Notes under the pieces: model-generated
The model's database searches: none
The model's input: only the letters and a program-made list of their open reading frames with translations
Told to the model about the DNA's origin: nothing
Assembly: GCA_965227515.1 (NCBI GenBank)
Contig: CBDDFZ010000001.1
Span: 3,968,001-4,032,000, forward strand
Reading direction: 5' to 3'
Origin: Alphaproteobacteria bacterium
Lineage (GTDB): Bacteria; Pseudomonadota; Alphaproteobacteria; CALKHQ01
Length of the DNA: 64,000 nucleotides
Position numbers and translations under genes: made by a program
Shown here: in pieces, positions 1 through 9,800 of the stretch
Position numbering within the stretch: the first letter of the stretch is position 1
Layout of the letters: the number at the start of each line of letters is the position of its first letter

Positions 1-1
1 G

Positions 2-1153
2 AAGCCGAACTACCTGGTCGGGCGGTTCGATGCCCGCGAGGGCCACAACTCCGTCACCCTGCGCAACTACGAGGCTGTGAAGCGCGCCATCGGCAAGCCG
101 TTCACGCTGGAGGCGATCCTGCCGTGCCTGGACGGCAACGGCCAGCCGAGTGACGAAGTCGCGATCATGAAGGACGACATGGCATTCCTGGTCGGCTGCT
201 GCGAGGAGGCCGACCTGGAGCCGGACGCGGTGGTGGTGACGCCGTCGACCGATACCAAGTGCACGCTGCCCGACGACGTGTTCCCGCCCTCACCCCCGCT
301 GGCGGAGATCTACGATGCCGCGCGCGCGGCGTTTCCCAATGCGCAGATCGGCGGCGGCATGGTGAGCTACTTCACCGAGCTGAACCGCAAGCGCCCGCCC
401 ACCGACAAGCTCGACTTCATCACCCACACGCTGTGCCCCATCATTCATGCCTGCGACGACATCTCGGTAATGGAGAACCTGGAGGCGCTGCCGCACATCG
501 CGACCTCGGTCCGCGCCCTCGGCGGCGGCCTGCCCTATCGCATCGGCCCGACCGCCATCGGCATGCGCGACAACCCCTATGGCGCGGCGGCCGCCGACAA
601 TCCCGACAACATCCGCATCGCCATGGCGATCAACGACCCGCGCCAGCGCAGCCTGCTGGGTGCGTCCTGGTATGCCGGGCTGTTCGCGCGGATGACAGCG
701 GGCGGGGCCGAGGCCATCTGCCTGGCCACCCTGTCCGGGCCGAACGGCCTGGTGCACACCGACCAGGACTGGCCGACACCGTGGTTCGGCGACCAGCCAG
801 CGGACACCCTGCTCTATCCGGCCTTCCATGTGATCGCCGAGATCAACCGCGTGGCCGGCCGCGCGGTCTACGAAACGGCGTCATCCGTTCCCGGTGCGGT
901 GCAGGCCTTCGCCTACACCTCGTCCACCGGCCCGCGCATCTGGCTCGCCAACCTGACCGGCACCGCGCAGTCCGTGCAGGTCGAGGGCGTCGACCGTTCG
1001 GCGCGCGCCCACATCCACATGATCGACGCCAGTACGTTCACCGACGTCTGCACCGACCTTGGCGGCTTCGACTACGCGACGCGACCGGTCGAAGACGGCC
1101 GGGTCGAACTGGCGCCCTATGCCTGCGGCCGCCTGGACGTGCTGTCGGGGTGA
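2..1153 (+). CDS. apnL: D-apionate lactonase-like protein, C-terminal part (5'-truncated by window edge)
   Basis: Frame is open from position 2 (KPNYLVGRFDARE...). Motifs GGGMVSYFTELNRKRP, CPIIHACDDISVMENLEALP, YRIGPTAIGMRDNPYG and DPRQRSLLGA recall the rhizobial ApnL family (from memory, not searched). Confidence 0.6.
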   Translation, partial: KPNYLVGRFDAREGHNSVTLRNYEAVKRAIGKPFTLEAILPCLDGNGQPSDEVAIMKDDMAFLVGCCEEADLEPDAVVVTPSTDTKCTLPDDVFPPSPPLAEIYDAARAAFPNAQIGGGMVSYFTELNRKRPPTDKLDFITHTLCPIIHACDDISVMENLEALPHIATSVRALGGGLPYRIGPTAIGMRDNPYGAAAADNPDNIRIAMAINDPRQRSLLGASWYAGLFARMTAGGAEAICLATLSGPNGLVHTDQDWPTPWFGDQPADTLLYPAFHVIAEINRVAGRAVYETASSVPGAVQAFAYTSSTGPRIWLANLTGTAQSVQVEGVDRSARAHIHMIDASTFTDVCTDLGGFDYATRPVEDGRVELAPYACGRLDVLSG

Positions 1154-1175
1154 TGCCCCGGGGGTTAGACGCGTA

Positions 1176-1400
1176 TCACGACCAGGTAAAGTCGTCGAAA
1201 AAGTCCCAGAACCTATGTCTGCGAACGCGTAGCCGCCCGTCCTTGTAGACCAAGGCAACATTGGATCGGCGGCAGTGCTGGCAGTGCGTGTAGTTCTTCT
1301 TGGCGCCCAAGAATGCAACCAACGGCAGTTTGACGATTGCCTGAGTTTTTTGGCCGCAGTGCAGGCAGTCGAATTCGCGCCCTATCTGCTGGTGGATCAT
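1176..1400 (-). CDS. Small zinc-ribbon protein (74 aa)
   Basis: ATG at 1400 after a G-rich tract; two CxxC pairs (CLHC, CQHC); aromatic C-terminus. Confidence 0.5.
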   Translation of the reverse strand: MIHQQIGREFDCLHCGQKTQAIVKLPLVAFLGAKKNYTHCQHCRRSNVALVYKDGRLRVRRHRFWDFFDDFTWS

Positions 1401-1566
1401 CCCGCCCCCCGAGTCTTCTTGTGCCAGCGCATTCGAACTCATTTGCGCAGGGTGCGACGACCATACACATAAATGCAACTTGGCGAAGCGTCAGGGGGCG
1501 GCATCCACGCCCCGTCTTCGCGGTGCGTGGTACCTGAAATCGGAACCGAGATGTCGCCTGGCTGCC

Positions 1567-2184
1567 TTACTCCGGCGCGGTCTGGCGGATCGCCTCGAAC
1601 TCCAGGATAACCTCGACCTCGTCCTCGACCATGGGCAGGAAATAGGTGATGCCGAAGTCGGAGCGATTGAAGGCGGCACGCGCCGAGATGCCCATGGAAT
1701 ATTGCGGCGGGCCGAACGGATAGTCGGCGCTCTTGTTCCATGTCACGTCGACCGATACCGGGGCTGTGACACCGGCAACTGTCAGGTCGCCGTGGACGAC
1801 GCCGGTGCGCTCGCCGGTCTGTTCCACCTCGCGGCCGACGAAGGTGATCTCCGGGTGTTCGGCCGCGTTCAGGAAGTCGTCGCTGCGCAGGTGGTTGTCG
1901 CGCGCGTCGTGGTTGGTGAACACACTGCCGGCCTGGATCGTGAAGCTGATGTCGCCGACCTCCAGCGCCTCCTCGTCGAACTCGAACGAGCCGCCCGCCT
2001 CCAGGAACATGCCGACGACCTCCGCGTAGTCGAGGTGGCCGACCATGAACACGACCGAAAGGTGGGTCTGGTCCATCTCATAGGTCGCCATCTCCGCCGC
2101 GGCCGGCGTGGCCATCAGGCCGAAGGCAGCCGCCAGACCGGTCAGTGCGGGCGCGCGGCGGCGCAGGTATTCGGGCTTGCTCAT
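1567..2184 (-). CDS. yceI: YceI family lipid/polyisoprenoid-binding periplasmic protein
   Basis: Signal peptide ending TPAAA; motifs YEMDQTH, RDNHLRSDDFLNA, GDLTVAGVT, FNRSDFGI. ATG at 2184 with GGGAG upstream. Confidence 0.9.
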   Translation of the reverse strand: MSKPEYLRRRAPALTGLAAAFGLMATPAAAEMATYEMDQTHLSVVFMVGHLDYAEVVGMFLEAGGSFEFDEEALEVGDISFTIQAGSVFTNHDARDNHLRSDDFLNAAEHPEITFVGREVEQTGERTGVVHGDLTVAGVTAPVSVDVTWNKSADYPFGPPQYSMGISARAAFNRSDFGITYFLPMVEDEVEVILEFEAIRQTAPE

Positions 2185-2319
2185 GTCGTCAGGGCTCCCT
2201 CGATCGCGTATGTGTAGCTGGTTGCGACGATTGATATGGCAGCCTGCAACAGTTGGGCCAGAGGTCTGGCGCCGGTGCGGCATCACGACCCTGTCAGGAC
2301 CGCTGTAACGGGAGACGAG

Positions 2320-3321
2320 ATGACCGGCGAGCACGAGGCGAGTGCATTCTGGCTGGAGCGCCCGGGGCACGGCACGCTGCGCCGCCAGCCGGTGCCGCTG
2401 TGCCAGCCGGGCGCGGTGACGGTGGCGACCCGGTGGACCGGTATCAGTGCGGGCACCGAGCGCACCGTGTTCGCCGGCCGGGTGCCGGAAAGCCAGCACC
2501 AGGCGATGCGCGCGCCATTACAGGAAGGCGACTTCCCGGCGCCGGTGAAATACGGCTACAGCGCGGTCGGCGTGGTCGAGGACGGTCCCGCCGCGTTGGC
2601 TGGCCAATCGGTGTTCGCGCTCCACCCGCACCAGTCCCGGTTCACGGTGCCGACCGACGCGGTGGTGCCGATCCCCGACAACGTGCCGCCAAGCCGCGCC
2701 GTGCTGGCCGCCAACATGGAAACCGCGCTCAACGCGGTGTGGGATGCCGAGGTCGGTGCCAGCGGTACAGGGGGCGACACGGTGACGGTGATCGGCGCCG
2801 GCGTCGTCGGCTGCCTGGTCGCCTATCTCGCCCGGCACCATTGCGGCGCCGACGTGGAGCTGGTCGACATCCTGCCGCAGCGGGCCGATATCGCGGCAGC
2901 GCTCGACATACCGTTCCGGCTCTCCGCCGAGGCCACGTCGGAGCGCCCCCTGATCTTCCACACCAGCGGCCATCCCGGCGGCCTGGTCCACGCGCTTTCC
3001 CTCGCCGCGTTCGAGGGCCGCATTTTCGAACTGAGCTGGTATGGCGACCGCAGCGTGCCGTTGCCGCTGGGCGAAGCGTTCCACAGCCGCCGGCTGAGCC
3101 TTGTTTCCAGCCAGGTCGGCCACGTCGCCACCCCGCGCCGCGCCACCACCAGCTATCGCGACCGGCTGAGCCAGGCAATCGCCCTGTTGGCCGACGACAG
3201 GCTTGACGCCCTGATCGAACGCGATATTGCTTTTGCCGACCTGCCGGCGACCATGGCGGCGCTGGTCGACGATGCCACGCCCGTGCTGTGCGTGCGGGTG
3301 TGCTACCCAGCCAACGAGTGA
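2320..3321 (+). CDS. Zinc-binding alcohol dehydrogenase-like (MDR family) oxidoreductase
   Basis: [17 protein letters not shown], Rossmann motif [20 protein letters not shown] before ATG 2320. Confidence 0.85.
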   Translation: MTGEHEASAFWLERPGHGTLRRQPVPLCQPGAVTVATRWTGISAGTERTVFAGRVPESQHQAMRAPLQEGDFPAPVKYGYSAVGVVEDGPAALAGQSVFALHPHQSRFTVPTDAVVPIPDNVPPSRAVLAANMETALNAVWDAEVGASGTGGDTVTVIGAGVVGCLVAYLARHHCGADVELVDILPQRADIAAALDIPFRLSAEATSERPLIFHTSGHPGGLVHALSLAAFEGRIFELSWYGDRSVPLPLGEAFHSRRLSLVSSQVGHVATPRRATTSYRDRLSQAIALLADDRLDALIERDIAFADLPATMAALVDDATPVLCVRVCYPANE

Positions 3322-3338
3322 CGAACCAGCGAGGCCGC

Positions 3339-3746
3339 ATGTATTCCCTGACCGTCCGCGACCACTTCATGATTGCCCACAGCTTCAAGGGCGAGATCTT
3401 TGGCCCAGCGCAGAAGATGCACGGCGCCACCTATGTGGTGGACATGGAGGTCAGACGCCCGGAGCTGGACGCCGACGGGCTGGTGGTCGACATCGGCCTC
3501 GCCTCGCAGGTGCTGCACGACGTGCTGTCAGCGTTGAACTACCGCAATCTGGACGAGGAGCCGGACTTCGCCGGCCAGAACACCACCACGGAGTTCCTGG
3601 CCAAGGCGATCTTCGACCGCATGGCCGCCCGCATCGCCGCCGGCGACCTGGGCGCCAACGCACGCGGACTGACGGTGCTGAAGGTGACGCTGGGCGAATC
3701 CCACATCGCGTGGGCGGCCTATGAGGGCGCGCTGCCCGGCGCCTGA
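3339..3746 (+). CDS. 6-pyruvoyl-tetrahydropterin synthase/QueD-fold protein (atypical COG0720 subfamily)
   Basis: [47 protein letters not shown]. Lacks the canonical CxxxHGH motif. Confidence 0.85.
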   Translation: MYSLTVRDHFMIAHSFKGEIFGPAQKMHGATYVVDMEVRRPELDADGLVVDIGLASQVLHDVLSALNYRNLDEEPDFAGQNTTTEFLAKAIFDRMAARIAAGDLGANARGLTVLKVTLGESHIAWAAYEGALPGA

Positions 3747-3785
3747 TACCGCGCCCGCGGCCGCCCGAACAGCGCGACGCGCCCG

Positions 3786-4826
3786 ATGCCGGGCTTCGTC
3801 CTTGTCTACCCCGGCGATCTCGCGACGCCGACCGGCGGCTACCGCTACGACCGCCGGATCGTGGAGGACTGTCTCGCGGTCGGTTGGACAGTGGATGAAG
3901 TAAGCCTCTCCGCCGCGTTCCCCGCGCCAGCCGGTGCCGACCTGGACCATGCCGATCAGGCGCTGAGCCAATGCCCCGATGGCACGCTGGTGGTGTGCGA
4001 CGGCCTCGCCTTTGGCGCCATGCCCGATGTGGCGGCCAGCCACGCCTTGCGCCTGCGCCTGGTGGCGCTGGTCCACCACCCGCTGTGCGACGAGACCGGG
4101 ATCGGCGCGGACGACCGCGAACGTCTGTTCGAATCCGAGCGGCAGGCGCTGTCGCACGCCAGGCACGTCATCGTCACCAGCCCGGCGACGGCACGGCGGC
4201 TGGCGGACTTCGACGTCCCGCCTGAGCGCATCTCGGTGGTGGTGCCCGGCGTCGACATCGGCCCGGCGGCAACGCCGCATGCCTATGGCCCCTGCCGCCT
4301 GATCTGCGTGGCCAGCCTGACCCCGCGCAAGGGGCATGACGCTTTGCTGACCGCACTGGCGCGCTGCGACGACCTGGACTGGCAACTCACGCTCGTCGGC
4401 CCGACCGACCTGGACCCGGCGCACGCCGACAGGGTGGCCGAGCAGGCCGAGGTTTTCGGCGACCGGGTCACCATCACCGGCCCACTCCCGCAACAGGACG
4501 TCGCCGCCGCTTTGGCCGCGTCGGACGCCTTCGTGCTGGCATCCCACTACGAGGGCTATGGCATGGCGTTCGTCGAGGCGATTGCCGCTGGCCTGCCCAT
4601 CGTTGCCACGGCAGGCGGCGCCACGGCGGACACAATTCCAGCCGGCACCGGCCTGTTGAGCCCCCCCGGCGACGTCGAAGCACTGGCAGCCAATCTGCGC
4701 TGCATCATCGGCGACTGGGACCGGCGCGAGGAGATGCGCCGGGCGGCCGTCGCCGCGCGCGAGCATTTGCAAAGCTGGCGCGACGCCGGCGCGGCGTTCC
4801 GCGCCGCCCTGGAGCAGGTCGCGTGA
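3786..4826 (+). CDS. Glycosyltransferase family 4 (GT-B)
   Basis: TGGYRYDRR, RKGHDALL, SHYEGYGMAFVEAIAAGLPIV (EX7E motif). Confidence 0.9.
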   Translation: MPGFVLVYPGDLATPTGGYRYDRRIVEDCLAVGWTVDEVSLSAAFPAPAGADLDHADQALSQCPDGTLVVCDGLAFGAMPDVAASHALRLRLVALVHHPLCDETGIGADDRERLFESERQALSHARHVIVTSPATARRLADFDVPPERISVVVPGVDIGPAATPHAYGPCRLICVASLTPRKGHDALLTALARCDDLDWQLTLVGPTDLDPAHADRVAEQAEVFGDRVTITGPLPQQDVAAALAASDAFVLASHYEGYGMAFVEAIAAGLPIVATAGGATADTIPAGTGLLSPPGDVEALAANLRCIIGDWDRREEMRRAAVAAREHLQSWRDAGAAFRAALEQVA

Positions 4827-5635
4827 CCGACGGCAGTTTCGATGCCGGCTGGCTGGCGCTCAGGCGGCCCTACGATCATGCCGCCCGGGACAATGCCGCC
4901 TGGCAGGCCTGCCGCGACTGGGCGGCAACCCGCGACCGCCTGCGCATCGTCGACCTCGGCGCCGGCAGCGGCTCGAACCTCGCCTTCATGGCCGAACGGC
5001 TTGAGGTGGCGCAAGACTGGGTGCTGGTCGACAGCGATCCGGCATTGCTGGAAGCGGCGGCACGTCAGGCACACCCGCAAGCGACTGTTTCGACGCGCGA
5101 AGCGGACCTCGCCAAGGCGGATCTTGGCGAGCTGATCTCAGGCGCCGACCTGGTGACGGCGGCGGCGCTGCTCGACCTGGTCAGTGCGGACTGGGTGGCG
5201 CGCCTGGTCGGGGCATGCCGCGATCAGGCGGTGGCGCTGCTGGCGACGCTGACCGTCGACCGCCGGCTGGACTGGCAACCGGCGCTGGCCAACGACACGG
5301 ACATCGCGGCGGCCTTCCACCGCGACCTGCAACGCGACAAGGGCTTCGGTCCAGGCCTCGGCCCCGATGCCGCCGCACTGCTGGTCGAGTTGTTGGGAGA
5401 GGCCGGCCTTGCCGTGACCCGAGCCACGAGCGACTGGGCCCTCGGCCCCGGCGACGAAGCGATGGCCGAGGCGTTGATCGGCTTCTATGCGGATGCCGCC
5501 GATCGCGCGCCCTCACTTTCGCCAACGAAATTGTCAACGTGGCGGACGGCCCGCCAGCAAAGCCTGAAGACCAACGCCTGGTCGCACCTTGTCGGCCATG
5601 TGGATGTGTTTGCAAGGCCCGCCGAGATCACCTAG
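4823..5635 (+). CDS. Class I SAM-dependent methyltransferase-like protein
   Basis: IVDLGAGSGSN motif I, WLALRRPYDHAAR, TAAALLDLVS. GTGA overlap with the GT4 stop. Confidence 0.75.
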   Translation: MTDGSFDAGWLALRRPYDHAARDNAAWQACRDWAATRDRLRIVDLGAGSGSNLAFMAERLEVAQDWVLVDSDPALLEAAARQAHPQATVSTREADLAKADLGELISGADLVTAAALLDLVSADWVARLVGACRDQAVALLATLTVDRRLDWQPALANDTDIAAAFHRDLQRDKGFGPGLGPDAAALLVELLGEAGLAVTRATSDWALGPGDEAMAEALIGFYADAADRAPSLSPTKLSTWRTARQQSLKTNAWSHLVGHVDVFARPAEIT

Positions 5636-6467
5636 CCAGCGCCCCGTCGGCGGCGGCCGACAGGTCGAAATCGAACAGCACGTCGTCGCCCAAACGATAG
5701 GCCTGGCACGGCGGGCGCAGTGCGTCGTCGAGGCGCTCAACGACCGGCAGGCTGAGCGACGGACGTCCCGATCCGATCAGCAGCGGCGCAACGCAGAGTT
5801 GAAGACGGGTCAGGCATCCCGCATGCAGGAAACGCGAAACCGTGGTCCCGCCGCCTTCGATCAGCAGGCGGGTCAGCCCCCGTTCCGCCAACGCGGCGAC
5901 GACGGCGCGGCAGTCGAGACCGCCGTCGGCCGCGGAGGCCAACGCCAGCCGCGCGACGCCGTTCACGCCTTCCGACGTGCCGGAATCGCCGATGGAAACG
6001 ACCACCGTCGGCGCCGCACCATCGCGCAGCAAGCCGCTGTCAGCCGGCAGCCGGCCGCGCGGATCGATCACCACGCGGGTCGGGTTGGGGCCTGCGACCC
6101 GCCTGGTGGTCAGCCGCGGCGCGTCCGCAATCGCGGTGCCGACGCCGATGACCACGGCATCGCACAGCGCGCGCAGGCGGTGCAGATGGACCAGGCTCTC
6201 CGGCCCATTGACGTAATGCGAGTGGCCACTTTCAGTTGCAATACGCCCATCGACGCTTTGGCCGAGATGGGCCACCACCCAACCCGGCTGGCGGGATGCA
6301 TCGGCCAGCGGCCCGAATAGTGCATTCAGTTGAGCGACGGCCGCATCGCCATCGGGTAACGCCGCCAGGGCATCCGGACGCGCGCCGCGATCGACCATGG
6401 CACGTCGATCGAGCAGCACGGACCAGGCGGCCTCCGTCTCGGCGCTACCGGAATCGGCGGGAACCAT
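5628..6467 (-). CDS. RibD C-terminal (pyrimidine reductase) domain protein, no deaminase domain
   Basis: AHLGQSVDGRIA, HRLRALCDAVVIGVGT, DAPRLTTR, LLIEGGG. RBS GAAAGGA before ATG 6467. Confidence 0.85.
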   Translation of the reverse strand: MVPADSGSAETEAAWSVLLDRRAMVDRGARPDALAALPDGDAAVAQLNALFGPLADASRQPGWVVAHLGQSVDGRIATESGHSHYVNGPESLVHLHRLRALCDAVVIGVGTAIADAPRLTTRRVAGPNPTRVVIDPRGRLPADSGLLRDGAAPTVVVSIGDSGTSEGVNGVARLALASAADGGLDCRAVVAALAERGLTRLLIEGGGTTVSRFLHAGCLTRLQLCVAPLLIGSGRPSLSLPVVERLDDALRPPCQAYRLGDDVLFDFDLSAAADGALAR

Positions 6468-6627
6468 CGCTGTCCTTTCGACGTTGTGATGCTGCGTCAG
6501 GCAATCGTGTGCGCGCTGCCTTCCGGTGGCCAACTAAGGCAATTTTATGGCTGAAAATCATGGCCTTACCGCATAGCAACATAAAGCAAAGGTTACTTGC
6601 AACCGCTGCTGGCTTCACTCATAGAAG

Positions 6628-7746
6628 ATGGCCATGGGGGAACTGACCCAACACTGCCGGACCGCCGTCGCCGTCGAGCGCGCGGTCTTCGAATGTCGCG
6701 CCGGCCGCGCCGTCGAGGTGTTCGACGCGCACTCCCGGCTGCTGGCGGCACCACTGCAGCACGATCCGGAGCAGCAACTGGCGGCCTGGCGGCCACTGGT
6801 GAACGGGCACGTGTCGCTGCTGCTGAGCGGCCATCGGATGGCGCAGCTTGGCGGATCGCGGTCCGCAACGATGATCGAGCTGCCGTCGAGCTGTTCCGCC
6901 GACGACCTGGCGGACCTGGCCGTTGGCCATCCGCACCGGTCCGCGCCCCGCGCCCGCATGGCCGGCGGCATCGATGTCGGTGACTGCTCGCTGGCCCGCG
7001 CGGCGATCCGGCTGGCCTGCCTGGCCGAGACCATCCCCGCGCTGCTGGTGGTGCGCGCCAGCAATGACGGCACGCCGTTCAAGGCGCCGCCGGACTGTCT
7101 TTCGGTCAACGCCGCGGCGGTCGAGGCCCACGCCTTCGACCTCGCCACCAGGGTGAGCCGGGTCAGCCAGGCGCCGGTGCCGATCCCCGACAATGTCGAC
7201 TGCCGCTTCGTGGCCTATCGCACGCGGCTGTCGAGCACCGAGCACATCGCCGTCGTGCAGGGGACAAGCGCGCCCGGCGATGCGCCGCTGGTGCGCCTGC
7301 ATTCTGCCTGCCTGACCGGCGATGTCTTTCATTCCATGCGCTGCGACTGCGGCGAGCAGTTGTCGTCCACCATCTCGCGCATGGCCCAGGCCGGCGGCGG
7401 CATCGTCTGCTATCTGGCGCAAGAGGGCCGGGGCATCGGGCTCAGCAACAAGCTGAAGGCCTACACCTTGCAGGATGACGGTCTCGACACGCTGGATGCC
7501 AACGAGGCCCTGGGCTTCGCCCGCGACGAGCGGCTGTTCAACATCGCCGCTGGCATGCTGAGCGACCTGGGCGTTGCGCGGGTGCGGCTGATGACCAATA
7601 ATCCGGACAAGATCGCCGGCCTGAAGAGCTGTGGCATAGAGGTGGTGGAACGCGTGGGCCTGCCCTCGACCGTCAATCGTCATAACGAGCGGTACATGAC
7701 CGCCCGGGCCGAGCGCTCGGGGTATCTCTTCGCGCCCAGCCGCTGA
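6628..7746 (+). CDS. ribA: GTP cyclohydrolase II with a divergent ~180-aa N-terminal domain
   Basis: RLHSACLTGD, RCDCGEQL (Zn cysteines), QEGRGIGL, NKLKAYTLQD, RLMTNNPDK. Confidence 0.9.
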   Translation: MAMGELTQHCRTAVAVERAVFECRAGRAVEVFDAHSRLLAAPLQHDPEQQLAAWRPLVNGHVSLLLSGHRMAQLGGSRSATMIELPSSCSADDLADLAVGHPHRSAPRARMAGGIDVGDCSLARAAIRLACLAETIPALLVVRASNDGTPFKAPPDCLSVNAAAVEAHAFDLATRVSRVSQAPVPIPDNVDCRFVAYRTRLSSTEHIAVVQGTSAPGDAPLVRLHSACLTGDVFHSMRCDCGEQLSSTISRMAQAGGGIVCYLAQEGRGIGLSNKLKAYTLQDDGLDTLDANEALGFARDERLFNIAAGMLSDLGVARVRLMTNNPDKIAGLKSCGIEVVERVGLPSTVNRHNERYMTARAERSGYLFAPSR

Positions 7747-7766
7747 GTTCATGAACTGCTGAGACA

Positions 7767-9002
7767 ATGAGCCAGGCGCCGTCCGCGACCAGCGGGCTTT
7801 CCGGCAGCACCCGCGACGTACGCGTCGACTTCTTCCGCGGCATCGCCATGCTGATCATCTACATGGCGCATATGCCCGGCAACCGCTGGGGCGAGTTCAT
7901 CCCTGCCCGCTTCGGCCCCAGCGACGCCACCGAATGGTTCGTGTTCTGCGCCGGGTTCGCCTCGGCCATCGCGTTCGGCGGCGTGTTCGTGCGCCGCGGC
8001 ATGGCGATGGGCACCGCGCGCATCCTGCATCGCTGCTGGCAGATCTATTGGGCGCACATCGGGCTGTTCTTCGCCGTCGCCGCGCTGTGCGTGGCCGGCA
8101 ATTTCTATCTCGGCACCGAGAAGGACTACGTCGGCAACCTCAACCTCTATCCGTTCGTCAACGACGACACCATGCGCGGCATCTTTCACCTGATGACGCT
8201 GACGTACGTGCCGAACTATTTCGACATCCTGCCGATGTACATGGTGATCCTGTTGATGGTGCCGATCGTGATGGCGCTGGCGAGGATTCACGCGGCGTTC
8301 GCCGGTGCGTTCTGCGTGGCGGTGTACGTGGCGACCTGGGTGTGGGGCCTGAACTTCCCGGCCGAGTGGTGGACCGAACGGCAGTGGTTCTTCAACCCGC
8401 TGGGCTGGCAGGTGGTGTTCTTCCTGGGCTTCGCCACCTCGGCCGGGTGGATACGACCGCCTCGTCCAAACTGGTGGCTGACTGGTGCTGCGATCCTGTT
8501 CGTCCTGGCCATCCTGCCGTTCAAGTACGCGCCGATCTGGGAGAACGTCGGCTGGATCAACGCGTTCAGCTACGAGTTGCTGCCGGGCTTCGAGAAGACC
8601 GACTTCGGTCTGCTGCGCCTGCTCCACTTCATGTGCCTGGCCTATCTGGCCTACGCCGCCTTCCTGGGCCGCGAGCACTGGCTGGCGATGGACTGGGCGA
8701 AGCCGATCGTGAAGGTCGGACAGAATTCGCTGCCGGTGTTCCTGTCCAGCATGTGGCTGTCGTGGGCAGGCGGGATGGTGCTGGACCTGATCGGCCGCGA
8801 CGACCTGACGTGGGCGCTGGTCAACCTGGGCGGCATCGCCATCCTGATCGGCGTGGCCTACGGCGCCGCATGGTTCCGCGCCCAACCGTGGCGCAAGAAG
8901 CGCGATCACGCAGCGGCCAGCGCTGCCGATAGCCAAGCCGAGCCGCGCTACGTCAGCAGCCGACCCACGTTCGGCGACCGAAGGCTGGCGCCCGGCGAGT
9001 AG
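7767..9002 (+). CDS. opgC: OpgC family periplasmic glucan succinyltransferase (multi-TM)
   Basis: RDVRVDFFRG, SDATEWFVF, YFDILPMY, WFFNPLGWQ, VGQNSLPVF. Confidence 0.85.
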   Translation: MSQAPSATSGLSGSTRDVRVDFFRGIAMLIIYMAHMPGNRWGEFIPARFGPSDATEWFVFCAGFASAIAFGGVFVRRGMAMGTARILHRCWQIYWAHIGLFFAVAALCVAGNFYLGTEKDYVGNLNLYPFVNDDTMRGIFHLMTLTYVPNYFDILPMYMVILLMVPIVMALARIHAAFAGAFCVAVYVATWVWGLNFPAEWWTERQWFFNPLGWQVVFFLGFATSAGWIRPPRPNWWLTGAAILFVLAILPFKYAPIWENVGWINAFSYELLPGFEKTDFGLLRLLHFMCLAYLAYAAFLGREHWLAMDWAKPIVKVGQNSLPVFLSSMWLSWAGGMVLDLIGRDDLTWALVNLGGIAILIGVAYGAAWFRAQPWRKKRDHAAASAADSQAEPRYVSSRPTFGDRRLAPGE

Positions 9003-9012
9003 CCGGTCCCGT

Positions 9013-9414
9013 CTATTCCGCTTCGGCGGTCCGCTGGTTGCGAATGTTGCGCTCCGCCATGGCGGTCAAGGTTTCGCGCATGCGGTTCTTGAAGCCCTGA
9101 AGGTGCGTCATCGACACGACGCACAGGATCGTCAGGGGGATCAGCAACATCACCCTCACCGGCATCGGCAAATTGATCGCGAACATGGCCAGCAGCAGCA
9201 CGATCGCAATCGGTAGCGCGATCCAGTTGATCGTGTCGTACTTGCGCTTGAAGTCCGGATACGCGGCGCTGAATGCGCGTGTGGCCTCAGGACCGGAGAG
9301 ATGGCTCCTGCAATCGGATGGGACACCCGCCAGCACGCGGTTGAACAGCCTGCGCTCATAGCCTCTGAGCTCGACGGCCAGGGTTTCGTTTTCTCGCATA
9401 TCGAGCGCTTGCAT
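9013..9414 (-). CDS. Hypothetical membrane protein (2 TM, 133 aa)
   Basis: GAGGAGG RBS before ATG 9414; two hydrophobic helices. Confidence 0.6.
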   Translation of the reverse strand: MQALDMRENETLAVELRGYERRLFNRVLAGVPSDCRSHLSGPEATRAFSAAYPDFKRKYDTINWIALPIAIVLLLAMFAINLPMPVRVMLLIPLTILCVVSMTHLQGFKNRMRETLTAMAERNIRNQRTAEAE

Positions 9415-9551
9415 ACCCACCTCCTCAGTCAATCCGGCTGAAGGTAGGACGCTTCTGGCTCGATGGAGGTTCATCTCATCGCCTAGTTGCGTATGACGCC
9501 GCGATTGCTCAGTCTCCCATGGACGAGCGGTAAAGTTAGGGAGGAGGACCC

Positions 9552-9770
9552 ATGCTGCAAACGGTCGTTGCCGTGATTCTTCTGTGTTTTGGCGAACAGT
9601 GTGAGCTGTTGAAAGGCTACCCGCTGTCGTTCGGCAGCCTGGAGGATTGCAAGGGGCACATTGCGGAGATGACCGCGTCGGCCATCCCGGCCGTCGATGC
9701 CAAAGGGACAATCATGACCTTCTGCACGGAGCATTTCGAGATCGTCGAAGGGACCATCATGGCCCTGTAG
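9552..9770 (+). CDS. Small hypothetical exported protein (72 aa, 4 Cys)
   Basis: Strong RBS GGAGGAGG; hydrophobic N-terminus; CFGEQC...C...C. Confidence 0.6.
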   Translation: MLQTVVAVILLCFGEQCELLKGYPLSFGSLEDCKGHIAEMTASAIPAVDAKGTIMTFCTEHFEIVEGTIMAL

Positions 9771-9800
9771 GCGTCCCCTAGCGGAGACGGATCGCCGGCT

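Noticed and set aside
6468-6627. FMN riboswitch between ribD-like and ribA
   Set aside because: No conserved RFN-element sequence is visible in the 160-bp gap.
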